DNA of 64,000 nt from Syntrophobacterales bacterium (GCA_037445955.1 JBBIJM010000004.1:5542-69541); one strand, 5' to 3'. Numbered from the stretch's first letter, positions 39,268-48,442 are shown. Translations and numbers: made by a program. The notes: generated by a model from the letters alone, not told the origin.

Positions 39268-40711
39268 GCTCCGGGAACCGATCCTTGCCCGAGGCGAAAA
39301 GCAGGGTCAGGGGCATCGCCTCCCTGGCCAGATCGAGCATCCCCTGGACTGTTTCTCTGATCTCCCATTGGGCATGGCGGTCGCAGCGCAGGCGGGCCAT
39401 ATGGTACAGTTCCCGGGCATTGACCTTGATCATGACCCGCCGCCTATGGGCATTGGTCAGGATATAGGGAGCCGCCGCCGGCTCTACCCCGGCGATCCTC
39501 TTATACAACCCCTCGGTTTGCGCCATGACCTCGCCGAACCTTTCCGCCAGACCAACCTCAGAAACCGCCTGCGGGACGGTATAACCCAGGCCCGGATCGT
39601 AGCCCTGGGCGGTGATCGTGGCCATCCGGTGCCTCTTTAACTGGGCGAAACAAGAGGCGCTTAGGATCAGCTCATAGGCAAGCTCCCCGTATTCGAATTC
39701 CCTCAAAACGGCGTCGTAGGACTCAAGCCAGCGGCAGGCGGTCTTAACGAGGGCCATTTTGCTTGGTTCGTCGAAATTCTTCACCTGCTCCAGGCACACT
39801 GAAAACGGGCGTCGGCTTGCGGAATGGGCCAGGGCCGCCAGGATCTTCAGATCCGCCTCCGGGGTGCTCCAGAGGAGCTCGACCTGCCTGGGAGGCCTCC
39901 CTTCCGGGGCCGGAGGCTCACTGATGACTAAGCGGTCTTGAAAAAAGTCTTCCAGCCCGGGCCTGGTCCGGGTATCGTAGTCGGTGGCCCGGATATAACG
40001 GATCAGGGAGGGGGCGAGGGAATGGGTCGCCTCGCTGAGTCTTTTGGCATATTCACGCGCCTCGGCCAGGGGGTGCGCAGCGAGCCTTCTTAACATCAGC
40101 TCCAGGTTGCGGGCATTGACCGTCAGGCCAAGCTGGGTCTGAGCGGCCAGGGAGACTGTGTACCGGGCGTCCTCCTTCGCCCACCCTTCCACCAGGGATA
40201 CCCCGCCCGGCCTTGCCAGCTCTTCCGGATATTTCGCCAATAGACAACCCCGCAGACGTTCGTATAACTCCCGGTAGAGTCGGTTTTGCCGGCGGATCAG
40301 GGCGATAAAATCCTCCGCCCAACCCGCCTTGGCGATCTCCTGGGGAACCACCAAGTCATCGGACAGCAGAACGTAACGCTGAGACTTCTCCGTATAAGAC
40401 GCGAGGCGGAATTTCTCTATCTCTTCGGCCAGCAGCCGGGAAACGCCCATTATATCGAGGTTGAAGACGGCATGCTCGGCAATCGAGCTGTGACCCATGT
40501 CAAAGACGATGGCCTTATTTGAACGCCTCGCCTTTTCCAGCTCCTCCCCGGCTTCACGGCGGAGCTCGGCAACCGGGCGGGGATCCCGGCTGATTCTTGC
40601 GTAAGCCGCGGAGATGGTCTCCGGGGTCCAGGCGTCCTGCCTCCCCAGGTCTGTCCTTGCCCTTTCAATAAGCTCCTTATCCACGTTAAAGCCTGCGACG
40701 ACTATCTTCAA
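39179..40711 (-). CDS. thyX: tandem-domain FAD-dependent thymidylate synthase ThyX-like protein
   Basis: 510 aa, about twice the ThyX length. The first half has HSSIAEHAVF and a partial signature KFRLASYTEKSQRY. The second half has KRHRMATITAQ and ARELYHMARLR. Confidence 0.65.
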   Translation of the reverse strand: MKIVVAGFNVDKELIERARTDLGRQDAWTPETISAAYARISRDPRPVAELRREAGEELEKARRSNKAIVFDMGHSSIAEHAVFNLDIMGVSRLLAEEIEKFRLASYTEKSQRYVLLSDDLVVPQEIAKAGWAEDFIALIRRQNRLYRELYERLRGCLLAKYPEELARPGGVSLVEGWAKEDARYTVSLAAQTQLGLTVNARNLELMLRRLAAHPLAEAREYAKRLSEATHSLAPSLIRYIRATDYDTRTRPGLEDFFQDRLVISEPPAPEGRPPRQVELLWSTPEADLKILAALAHSASRRPFSVCLEQVKNFDEPSKMALVKTACRWLESYDAVLREFEYGELAYELILSASCFAQLKRHRMATITAQGYDPGLGYTVPQAVSEVGLAERFGEVMAQTEGLYKRIAGVEPAAAPYILTNAHRRRVMIKVNARELYHMARLRCDRHAQWEIRETVQGMLDLAREAMPLTLLFASGKDRFPELKDRLSRGDLPPSLRPPGSGSGRTPGQNG

Positions 40712-40753
40712 GATTGATCATCCCTTTCTTTAAGCAATACTTCAAAGCTCTCA

Positions 40754-41620
40754 TTACAATTCCACCAATTCGACCTGAGCAAGGCCGACCCCGAGGATGG
40801 CCTCGCCCTGGGTGCGAAAGAGTTCCGGTGCCTCGGTGCAATAACAAGTCGTCTTCCCCGGTCGTTCATCGTTGCGCAGGATCTCGAGTTGTGCGAGTTT
40901 CTGCCTGGTGTTTTGGGCTACCGCCGCCGCCGAATCGACCAGGGCAACCCCGGGGCCAAGAACCTCCCTCAAAAGCGGCTTAAGGAGCGGATAATGGGTG
41001 CATCCCAAAACCAACGCATCGATGCCCCAGGCCAGAAGGGGTCTCAGATATTCCTCCGCCGTGAGCCGGGCCGCGGGGTGGTTTAACCAGCCCTCCTCCA
41101 CGAGAGGGACGAAAAGGGGACAGGCCCGGCTTATCACCTGCACCTGATCGTCGCATCTCCTGATGGCCCTGAGGTAGGAGCCCGAGTTGATAGTTGCCTG
41201 AGTGCCGATAACCCCGATCCGTTTTTTTTGCGACAGGCCGCAGGCGAGCCTCGCCCCGGCCTCGATAACATCCAGGACAGGGATGTTCGCCCTTCCCGAG
41301 ATGGTTTCCCGGGCCACCGCGGACATGGTGTTGCAGGCGACGATCAGGAGCTTAACCTCTCTGGCCAGGAGGAATCCGGTTATCTCTCCCGCGTAGCGGT
41401 TAATCGTCTCGGGGGATTTGGTCCCGTAGGGGACTCGCGCATTGTCTCCGAAATAGATCAGGTCTTCCCCGGGCAGGGCTTCCCTGACCGCTTTCATTAC
41501 CGTTAGACCGCCGATCCCCGAGTCGAAAAGACCGATGGATTTACCGCTCTGCCCCGTCGCCGGATCTCTTTGTTTTTCTCCCGGCACCTCAATTACCCTA
41601 TTCCCAGAATGTCCTGGCAA
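40754..41620 (-). CDS. murI: glutamate racemase
   Basis: IGLFDSGIGGLTV, VACNTMSA and LGCTHYPLL contain the two catalytic-Cys motifs of MurI. The start is uncertain because the first ~25 aa are not conserved-looking. Confidence 0.88.
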   Translation of the reverse strand: MPGHSGNRVIEVPGEKQRDPATGQSGKSIGLFDSGIGGLTVMKAVREALPGEDLIYFGDNARVPYGTKSPETINRYAGEITGFLLAREVKLLIVACNTMSAVARETISGRANIPVLDVIEAGARLACGLSQKKRIGVIGTQATINSGSYLRAIRRCDDQVQVISRACPLFVPLVEEGWLNHPAARLTAEEYLRPLLAWGIDALVLGCTHYPLLKPLLREVLGPGVALVDSAAAVAQNTRQKLAQLEILRNDERPGKTTCYCTEAPELFRTQGEAILGVGLAQVELVEL

Positions 41621-43085
41621 AGATAGCGAACGCCTTCTCCCTTTTTTTCAGGAGTTGCTCGTTCCATGGCTTATTCTTTTTCGTATCTTCCTTAAGCGCC
41701 CACAATGGGCTTGCCTGAGCCAGGGCCTCCTCGAATTGCCAGCGGTGGGTAAAGACCCGGCCTGAGAGTTTTTTCAGCGCCTCCTGCTCCGACGGGCTAA
41801 AGTGTCTGGCAGCCGCCAGGGACTGGAGGCGTTCGTTGGTTATCTGAATCAAATCGATCTTGGCATAGAGGAAGATCTGAAACAGTTCCCGTTCCTTCCA
41901 GGGGTGAACCGCCAGCAATTGTTGGCGGAAATCCTCCGAGCCGTGATACCTCTGGCCGGAAAGCCCTTCCAGATGCCCTGCCGGCAGTTGTGCCACCTGC
42001 ATCCTTGCCAGCACCGCGGGATTCAGTTCATATCTCTCCTGCTGTGCCACGTTATGCTCAAAGACGTTCTGAACGATAAACAGACTGACCAGACTGAAGA
42101 CCAGGGCGATCGCCGGGGTCGCCACCCAGCCCAGGGCGATCTTCCCCAGGACCCGGAGGTTAATCCCTCTCCCGCCGACCTTAGCCAGGCTGATGCCGAT
42201 AATCCCGCCGACGATGACCTGGGAACTCGAAACAGGCACCAGGGGAATGGACGGCAGACCCAGAGAAATCAGCTGATATTCTACCCACTGGGAGGAAAAA
42301 AGAAATAATACCAGGGAGTGGGAAAACACGACGATCAAGGCGGTAATCGGGGTCAGCTTGTATATCTCGCTGCCGACCGTTGAGATCACCCGGTGGGCAT
42401 AGGTGAAAACCCCCGCACTGATGGCCAGCCCCCCCAGAAAGAAGAGCTTCTGGGTTCCGGTAATGGTCAGAAAGCCAAAATACGTCGAATCAGAAAAGAA
42501 TTGAACCGGGATGAACACCCCCATGACGTTGCCGATGTTGTTCGCCCCGAGGCTGTAAGCCCCGAAGGCCCCGACGGCAATCAGAAGTATCCGATTATAA
42601 TGATCAATTCTTAAGATATGAACCTTCGCCCGGTCGAGAAAGAACTTGCTGATTTTAAAAATGACGAGGGAAAAAAAGGCGGCCAGGAGCACGGAAAATA
42701 CCCAGCTCGATACAATCACACTTAAAATATTAGTATCTGTGGGAGAGCCGGTAAAGATATTCCATCCGATAATCGCCCCGACAATGGCCTGGGAGGTCGA
42801 AACGGGCAGCCCCAGTCTGGTCATCCAGGTTATGATCACCGCCGCGGAGAAGGCCACGGTAAAGGCCCCGGCCAGGGCATTAACCGAGCCCAGGACCCCC
42901 AGGGTTTCCGCCGCCCCGGCGCCGCCCAATACGCCGCCTAGAATAACAAAGACCGAGGCAATCGTGGCAGCGACAGAGAAGCGCACCATTCTCGTCGCCA
43001 CGGCGGTGCCGAAGATATTGGCCGTATCGTTGGCCCCGAGGGACCAACCGAGAAAAAGGCCGCTGGACAGGAAAAGAGGGGTCAC
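41598..43085 (-). CDS. PiT-family inorganic phosphate transporter with ~150-aa soluble C-terminal tail
   Basis: Two PHO4 signatures are present (GANDTANIFGTAV and GANNIGNVMGV). After the last hydrophobic segment (about aa 340) a charged helical tail runs to aa 495. Confidence 0.8.
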   Translation of the reverse strand: MTPLFLSSGLFLGWSLGANDTANIFGTAVATRMVRFSVAATIASVFVILGGVLGGAGAAETLGVLGSVNALAGAFTVAFSAAVIITWMTRLGLPVSTSQAIVGAIIGWNIFTGSPTDTNILSVIVSSWVFSVLLAAFFSLVIFKISKFFLDRAKVHILRIDHYNRILLIAVGAFGAYSLGANNIGNVMGVFIPVQFFSDSTYFGFLTITGTQKLFFLGGLAISAGVFTYAHRVISTVGSEIYKLTPITALIVVFSHSLVLFLFSSQWVEYQLISLGLPSIPLVPVSSSQVIVGGIIGISLAKVGGRGINLRVLGKIALGWVATPAIALVFSLVSLFIVQNVFEHNVAQQERYELNPAVLARMQVAQLPAGHLEGLSGQRYHGSEDFRQQLLAVHPWKERELFQIFLYAKIDLIQITNERLQSLAAARHFSPSEQEALKKLSGRVFTHRWQFEEALAQASPLWALKEDTKKNKPWNEQLLKKREKAFAIFARTFWE

Positions 43086-43096
43086 CGGCGTTCCCT

Positions 43097-43741
43097 CTAC
43101 AGATATCGTTTGATTGTGGCGATGGCCAGACGGTCACAGACGTTTTCGGCCTCGTCGGATATACATTCGATATGTACGGCAAAGTTACGCATATGGATCT
43201 TTTCGCAGAGCTTGAGGGAGGAACAGAAAATCAGCCGCTTGACCTTGTCGGCCAGCCGGTCCGCCTCTTTCTCATAAAAGATAACCTTGTTGATATTGTC
43301 CCTGACCCCGGTTAAGTCACGGAAATAGGATCTGCCCGCCTGGACCATGCAGGCCACCGCCGAGGAGGTAATATTGCCTAAATCGGTGTACAGGGGATGC
43401 AATTCCCCGCTTATTTCAGGTCTTTCCACGGAGAACTTCTGCAAGGTCTCCTCCATGAGATTCATGACATGATCGGTGCTTTCGATAATCCCCAGAACGT
43501 CACCCCGGGATTCGGGAATCAGGGTCTCGGTATAAAGATCCGTCTCTATCCCTCGCCTGAGATCGTCCGCCTTACCTTCGAGCAGAGAGATTGCCGCAAG
43601 ACAGAGATCGAGTTTCTCGACCCCCTCGGCAAAGTAGCAGGAGATCCCGTTTTTAAAGATGTCGGCCCCCTTCTCTACAGTGTCCAGATATTCGTCGATC
43701 TTGTCCTCGAGCCTTTTCTTCCTTTTCAAAAATTCTACCAT
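43097..43741 (-). CDS. DUF47/PhoU-like phosphate-transport regulator (YkaA-type), copy 1
   Basis: A 214-aa helical protein adjacent to the PiT gene, which is the usual arrangement. Its C-terminus CDRLAIATIKRY is identical to that of copy 2. Confidence 0.7.
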   Translation of the reverse strand: MVEFLKRKKRLEDKIDEYLDTVEKGADIFKNGISCYFAEGVEKLDLCLAAISLLEGKADDLRRGIETDLYTETLIPESRGDVLGIIESTDHVMNLMEETLQKFSVERPEISGELHPLYTDLGNITSSAVACMVQAGRSYFRDLTGVRDNINKVIFYEKEADRLADKVKRLIFCSSLKLCEKIHMRNFAVHIECISDEAENVCDRLAIATIKRYL

Positions 43742-43796
43742 CTCTTCTCTCGTCCGCTTTTTGAAATATTGCCCCGCCGTTTTGGAGTCGGCTTGA

Positions 43797-44453
43797 TCAG
43801 GATGAATATCTCTTTATCGTCGCGATGGCCAGTCTATCGCAGACATTCTCGGCCATTTCAGCGATCTCTTCAATCTTGTGGGCAAAGTAACCTAAGTGAA
43901 ATTTGTGGTCAAGCTCTATATCAAAACCGAAAATCCGTCGTTTCAGCCGCTCCGCCGCCTTTAGCGTCGAGCCTTTGAGGAGCATGACCTGCTCGATATG
44001 CCGCCGGACCATCTTATGGTTCCGGAAATAGGCCCTGAGGGCGGCCACCATCAATTCCACCGCCCGACTGGAAAGGTCACCCAGTTCCTTGAATGCGTCG
44101 TGCAAAACCGGCGGGATGGCGGGATTTTCGGCGGAAAACTCCTTTAAGGTTTTCTGCATCCCGTTGATGACATCGTCGGTGTTCTCGATGAGCCCCAGGA
44201 TATCCCCCCGCCACTCCCTCTCCTCCCGGTTATAGAAGAGGAGTCCCTCCAGGCTCTTGAGCTGGACATCGGCCTTGTTCTCCAGTTTGGCCAGGATCTC
44301 CAGCCTCTGACCAAACTCGTCCCCCCGGCCCTCAAGATAGAATTTAATCCCCTGAGAAAAGAGCAGGCCGCCCCGGACAATCATATCCAGATAGGCTTCC
44401 ACCTCTTCCGCCAGATTTCCGCCTCGGCCATAGCCGCCTGTCATCGGCTTCAT
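43797..44453 (-). CDS. DUF47/PhoU-like phosphate-transport regulator, copy 2
   Basis: A 218-aa paralogue of the preceding gene, sharing GDILGLIE(N/S)TD and ENVCDRLAIATIKRY. Confidence 0.7.
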   Translation of the reverse strand: MKPMTGGYGRGGNLAEEVEAYLDMIVRGGLLFSQGIKFYLEGRGDEFGQRLEILAKLENKADVQLKSLEGLLFYNREEREWRGDILGLIENTDDVINGMQKTLKEFSAENPAIPPVLHDAFKELGDLSSRAVELMVAALRAYFRNHKMVRRHIEQVMLLKGSTLKAAERLKRRIFGFDIELDHKFHLGYFAHKIEEIAEMAENVCDRLAIATIKRYSS

Positions 44454-44641
44454 TTACCTTCGCACCTTCTGTTCAATTTAATGACGGGGTTCACCCTTGC
44501 CCTTCTCCTTGGAAGCGACGCTCTTGCGCAATTTGTTTCTTCCCCTGACAACCCCGGCCAGCCGGGGTCGTCTGCCGGAGATGATCTGCCTCAAAGCCCT
44601 CCCCCGATTCGCCCAGGCATCCTTCCCTTTGCCTGATCAGC

Positions 44642-45301
44642 TTACCTGATCAGCATAAGGCGCCGCTCGACCAGCCGGGCCTTTTCCATCTCCCGGCGGC
44701 TCTCATAGAAGGTTTTAAGCGCGGAAAGATAAACCAGCAGGGGCCTTTTCCAGCCCTGACGGGAGGAGGTCTCAACGGCCGTCAATAAAATGTTCTCGTT
44801 GGCGTTCAGATGTCTTACGGCAAGGCCCAGGGCGACCAGCCTCGACAGGGGATCGGCGATTCCGCCCAGGATACCATCGAGCTGGCCTTCGCTTATGCCC
44901 CGGGCCGAAGTCAGGAATTCCTGATACTGGACAGGCAAAAGCGACTTATCAACCCGGGAGAAGTCACCCTTTAAGAGCAGGAGATAGTTGGCATTGGCCG
45001 GCATGGGCCAGGCGGCCTCGACGCCGCGGTAGTCGTCCTCCGGCGGCTGTTCCAGAACGGCGACCGCCAGGGCGCTTCTGGTTAAATGGGCCCGGGCAAG
45101 GACCTCAAGGTCGCCGCCCTTTTTGATTTCCTCCAGGGCCTTTTGGAAATAGACTTGGGCAAGCTCCGTCCTCCCCTCAAGGAAGCTCTTCTTGTAGCTT
45201 TCCAGGTGGTTGAAGCTGGCAAGCCTCCAGGCGGGGATATCCCGGACGGCGCAGCCGGAGATGAAAATCAGGATCGAAAGGATGAACAGGGGCTTTTTCA
45301 T
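44642..45301 (-). CDS. lipoprotein of unknown function (last gene of MCE-type operon)
   Basis: It has a signal peptide with the lipobox LIFISGC and a helical-repeat-like body. Its start shares an ATGA overlap with the MCE gene stop. Confidence 0.6.
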   Translation of the reverse strand: MKKPLFILSILIFISGCAVRDIPAWRLASFNHLESYKKSFLEGRTELAQVYFQKALEEIKKGGDLEVLARAHLTRSALAVAVLEQPPEDDYRGVEAAWPMPANANYLLLLKGDFSRVDKSLLPVQYQEFLTSARGISEGQLDGILGGIADPLSRLVALGLAVRHLNANENILLTAVETSSRQGWKRPLLVYLSALKTFYESRREMEKARLVERRLMLIR

Positions 45302-46251
45302 GGCAGCCGGATCTCCGGGGTCTTGCGGAAGGGTATTTTCCGCCCCAGCTCGCCTGCCAGATCGCTCACCGTGTTGATCGTGCTATCGACGTCCTGGCGC
45401 AGGGATTTGATGTTGGTCGTAGAGTCCGAGATGTCCGCGGTTATCTTGTTTAGATGTTCAAGGGAAACGGCCACCTTCTGGAGCTTCGTCAAGGTATCTT
45501 TGAGAATCTTGTTTACAAGCACCAGGGTGCCGTCCTTGCCGAAAACCCCCTCGTCGGCCCTGGCCATCATCTGGTCCGCCTTTTTCAGGATGGCGTCAAC
45601 CTGGCCGGTCAGCTCCCTGGTCCGCCTAAGAGAATCATGCAGAGCCCGGACGGCCTCCGGATCGCTTACCGCCATCTCCAGCAGGGAGTCTTTGCTCGCG
45701 AATTTTTCCGTCATCTTCTTGGTGCTGCTCAGAATCTGGCTCATGTCCCCCTGAGGCTCGGCGATCCGGGCGGTGGTTTGTTCCACGTTGTCCGCTATCT
45801 CATTTAGCTTATCCATGACCGGCGTTATCTTCTTCATGATCTCGGTTACGTTGTTGACGGTCATCACCTCGGGGACCTGCCCGGCGCGCAAGGGGGGGCC
45901 GTGGCGGTCCGGGGTGAACACCATCAGGCGGGCGGCTCCGATCAGAGGCTTATCGACGATAAAGGTGCTGCCTTCCCTTATCCAGCCCACGTGGCGGTCC
46001 GGAACCTTGATCTTGATCACCACTTGGCCCTCTTGATTCAGTTCCAGAACCTGGACCTTGCCTATTTTGAAGCCGGAAAAAACGACGGGCATCCCCTCGC
46101 TCAAATCGTCGCCGGTTTTCGAGAAAAGAACGATCGTATGGACCTTGGCGAAGACATCCTTCTTGTAGGCGAAAAATCCCAAGGCAAGGACGGACACAAG
46201 GACCGCCACGATAACAAACAACCCCACCTTAAATTCAATGTTTTTGGCCAT
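45298..46251 (-). CDS. MCE/MlaD-family substrate-binding protein with long helical C-terminal region
   Basis: An N-terminal TM (VGLFVIVAVLVSVLALGFF), then an MCE beta-barrel-like region (GMPVVFSGFKIGKV), then ~170 aa of predicted helix. Confidence 0.75.
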   Translation of the reverse strand: MAKNIEFKVGLFVIVAVLVSVLALGFFAYKKDVFAKVHTIVLFSKTGDDLSEGMPVVFSGFKIGKVQVLELNQEGQVVIKIKVPDRHVGWIREGSTFIVDKPLIGAARLMVFTPDRHGPPLRAGQVPEVMTVNNVTEIMKKITPVMDKLNEIADNVEQTTARIAEPQGDMSQILSSTKKMTEKFASKDSLLEMAVSDPEAVRALHDSLRRTRELTGQVDAILKKADQMMARADEGVFGKDGTLVLVNKILKDTLTKLQKVAVSLEHLNKITADISDSTTNIKSLRQDVDSTINTVSDLAGELGRKIPFRKTPEIRLP

Positions 46252-46696
46252 TATTCAACCCGTACCGGTCTCTTTGCTCAGCCAGATCGTATATATGACA
46301 ATCATGATAAAGATCCTTTATCCTGTCTAGGACGTCTAACAACAGGAGCGCATCCTTATCTTCCGTAAGGATCCGGAAGGGCCTCTCGATCACCACCGAG
46401 GCCTCCCGGACCACGACTGCCCGAAGCAGCATGACCAGAAACCTCTCTCTTGCCGCAAGGGACGCTGGACGCAACCTGGCCAGTCCCTCCAGCCTCAGCC
46501 GGCCCAATAATTCCAGGACCCGGCCGTAGGCAAGGTCCCGGGGAAGGTCCTCATGATACTGGAGGATAAGGGCAATGTTCTGTTGGACCTCCAGGTTGGA
46601 AATGAGTGGAATATCCGCGGACACCATTCCCAAACGGTTCTGGTTAGCCCTCACGATAATCGCCAGGGCCCGGCCCAACTCTTCCCCGGAATTCAA
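46235..46696 (-). CDS. truncated, motif-degenerate ABC nucleotide-binding-domain homologue (MlaF-like remnant lacking P-loop)
   Basis: The 153 aa align by eye to the C-terminal two thirds of MlaF. There is no Walker A region and no room for one, because mlaE ends 5 nt upstream. The signature is LAARE instead of LSGGQ, Walker B is VVIERP instead of hhhDEP, and the H-loop is replaced (CHIYD). Confidence 0.55.
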   Translation of the reverse strand: MNSGEELGRALAIIVRANQNRLGMVSADIPLISNLEVQQNIALILQYHEDLPRDLAYGRVLELLGRLRLEGLARLRPASLAARERFLVMLLRAVVVREASVVIERPFRILTEDKDALLLLDVLDRIKDLYHDCHIYDLAEQRDRYGLNNGQKH

Positions 46697-46701
46697 GAAA
46701 T

Positions 46702-47532
46702 TTAGATGAATCTTGGAATTAATGTCAGCACCTCTATTATCACGATGGCAATGAAAACCTTCACCATGCCGTTTAAAACGGCGACGGGAATGCTGGTCAA
46801 TTCTACAGTGGCCTTAAGGCCCGAACTGATCGGGATGACGGTGATGAAGAATCCTAAGGCGATCCCCTTAACAAGCAGGATAACGATGTCCGCAAACTCC
46901 GTGGCATTGAGCAGGAGATTCACGTTGAATTTCAGGGATGTGCCAAAAACGACACCGGAAAAAACAAGCCCGCTTAGCAAAACGGCCAGGGCAAAGAGGC
47001 TGCTGAGTATGACAACCGAGATCATTCCGGTTAAGATCCGGGGAACAAAGAGGTAGTTCAGCGGGGAAATCCGGTACGCCTCCAGGGCCGCCAGCTCCCT
47101 GTTTACCTTCATAACGGCGATCTCGGTGTTCATCGCCGCGCTCGACCTCAGGGCGATCAGGATAACGGTGGTCAGAGGGGATACCTCCGCTATGATGAAG
47201 GCCATCAGGATCCTGAGGAGGATATCGGAAAAACCCAGACCCTTGATGAATTCCAGGCCGATGCCGATCAGCACGATACCGCTGATCACGGCAATCCCCA
47301 AAAGGAGGGCGAGGACCTCAACGGAGGTAAAATAGATCTGGTTGATGAGAATCGTCAAGCTGGCGCTATTATACGTGCTTCTCCGGAATATGCGGGTAAT
47401 CGCCCGGAGGGAGAAGGAAGCGGTATCAGCCAGAGATGCGGCATACGGCATGGTCATTCTTCCGATATATTCGACAAGGTTGCCCATACTTTTCAAGCAC
47501 TCATAAGGAAACGGAAACTCAGGCGGCCACAA
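46702..47532 (-). CDS. MlaE-family ABC transporter permease
   Basis: The characteristic segment is AMNTEIAVMKVNRELAALEAYRISPLNYLFVPRILTG. The start is uncertain: TTG at 47532 or ATG at 47487. Confidence 0.75.
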   Translation of the reverse strand: MWPPEFPFPYECLKSMGNLVEYIGRMTMPYAASLADTASFSLRAITRIFRRSTYNSASLTILINQIYFTSVEVLALLLGIAVISGIVLIGIGLEFIKGLGFSDILLRILMAFIIAEVSPLTTVILIALRSSAAMNTEIAVMKVNRELAALEAYRISPLNYLFVPRILTGMISVVILSSLFALAVLLSGLVFSGVVFGTSLKFNVNLLLNATEFADIVILLVKGIALGFFITVIPISSGLKATVELTSIPVAVLNGMVKVFIAIVIIEVLTLIPRFI

Positions 47533-47629
47533 ACCCCATAATAACGTTTCCTTCCTAGCAAATCTCGCCTGTTTATGCTATAGAAGAATGAGAAATATAT
47601 CGATCTTTCTTTGCCGAAGGAGGTTTGAG

Positions 47630-48442
47630 ATGAAACTGGTGCGTTTCCTTTCCCAGAGAAACGAGGAGCTCTACGGGATTTACACAGAAGACGCCCTGGC
47701 CGAGATCATCGCCGGGGATTTGTTCGCCGGCTTCACCCCGACGGGGAAATACGCGACTATTAAAAGGTTGTTGCCTCCCCTTCTTCCGGTTAACATTTTC
47801 GCCCTGGGGCTCAATTACCGGGATCACGCCGATGAAGTGGGCATGACCTATCCCGAGCTGCCCGTTGTCTTTATCAAGGCATCAACCAGCGTCATCGGCC
47901 CGGGGGAGACAATCCTCCTGCCTCGGGCCGGCGCCAACCGGGTGGATTATGAGGCGGAACTTGCCGTAATCATTGGTAAAAAGGCAAAAAACGTTTCTCC
48001 CGCCGAGGCGCCCGATTATATATTCGGCTATACCTGCGCCAACGACGTAAGCGCCCGGGATTGGCAGACGGAAAGGCAAAAGGGCCAGTGGGCCCGGGGG
48101 AAGAGCTTCGACACCTTCTGCCCCCTGGGACCATGGATTGTGACGAGGGAGGAAATCCCCGATCCGGACAACCTCTCTATCCGCACGATCTTAAACAACG
48201 AGGTGATGCAGGATTCCAATACCGGCCGGATGATCTTCCCTCTGGCCACAATTATAAGCGACCTCAGCCGCTCCCTGACCCTATCCCCCGGAACGGTCAT
48301 CCTCACCGGAACCCCCAAAGGGGTCGGTTTTTCCAGGAAACCGCCGGTTTACCTCAAGGAAGGCGACGAAGTGGCAATTGAAATCGAAATGATCGGACGG
48401 CTCGAGAACCGAGTAGCGAGGGAGGACGGGCAAGTTGCCTGA
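47630..48442 (+). CDS. fumarylacetoacetate hydrolase (FAH) family protein
   Basis: The FAH C-terminal domain pattern is present (NYRDHADE, VDYEAELAVIIGK, GTPKGVG). ATG at 47630 follows AGGAGG. Confidence 0.8.
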   Translation: MKLVRFLSQRNEELYGIYTEDALAEIIAGDLFAGFTPTGKYATIKRLLPPLLPVNIFALGLNYRDHADEVGMTYPELPVVFIKASTSVIGPGETILLPRAGANRVDYEAELAVIIGKKAKNVSPAEAPDYIFGYTCANDVSARDWQTERQKGQWARGKSFDTFCPLGPWIVTREEIPDPDNLSIRTILNNEVMQDSNTGRMIFPLATIISDLSRSLTLSPGTVILTGTPKGVGFSRKPPVYLKEGDEVAIEIEMIGRLENRVAREDGQVA

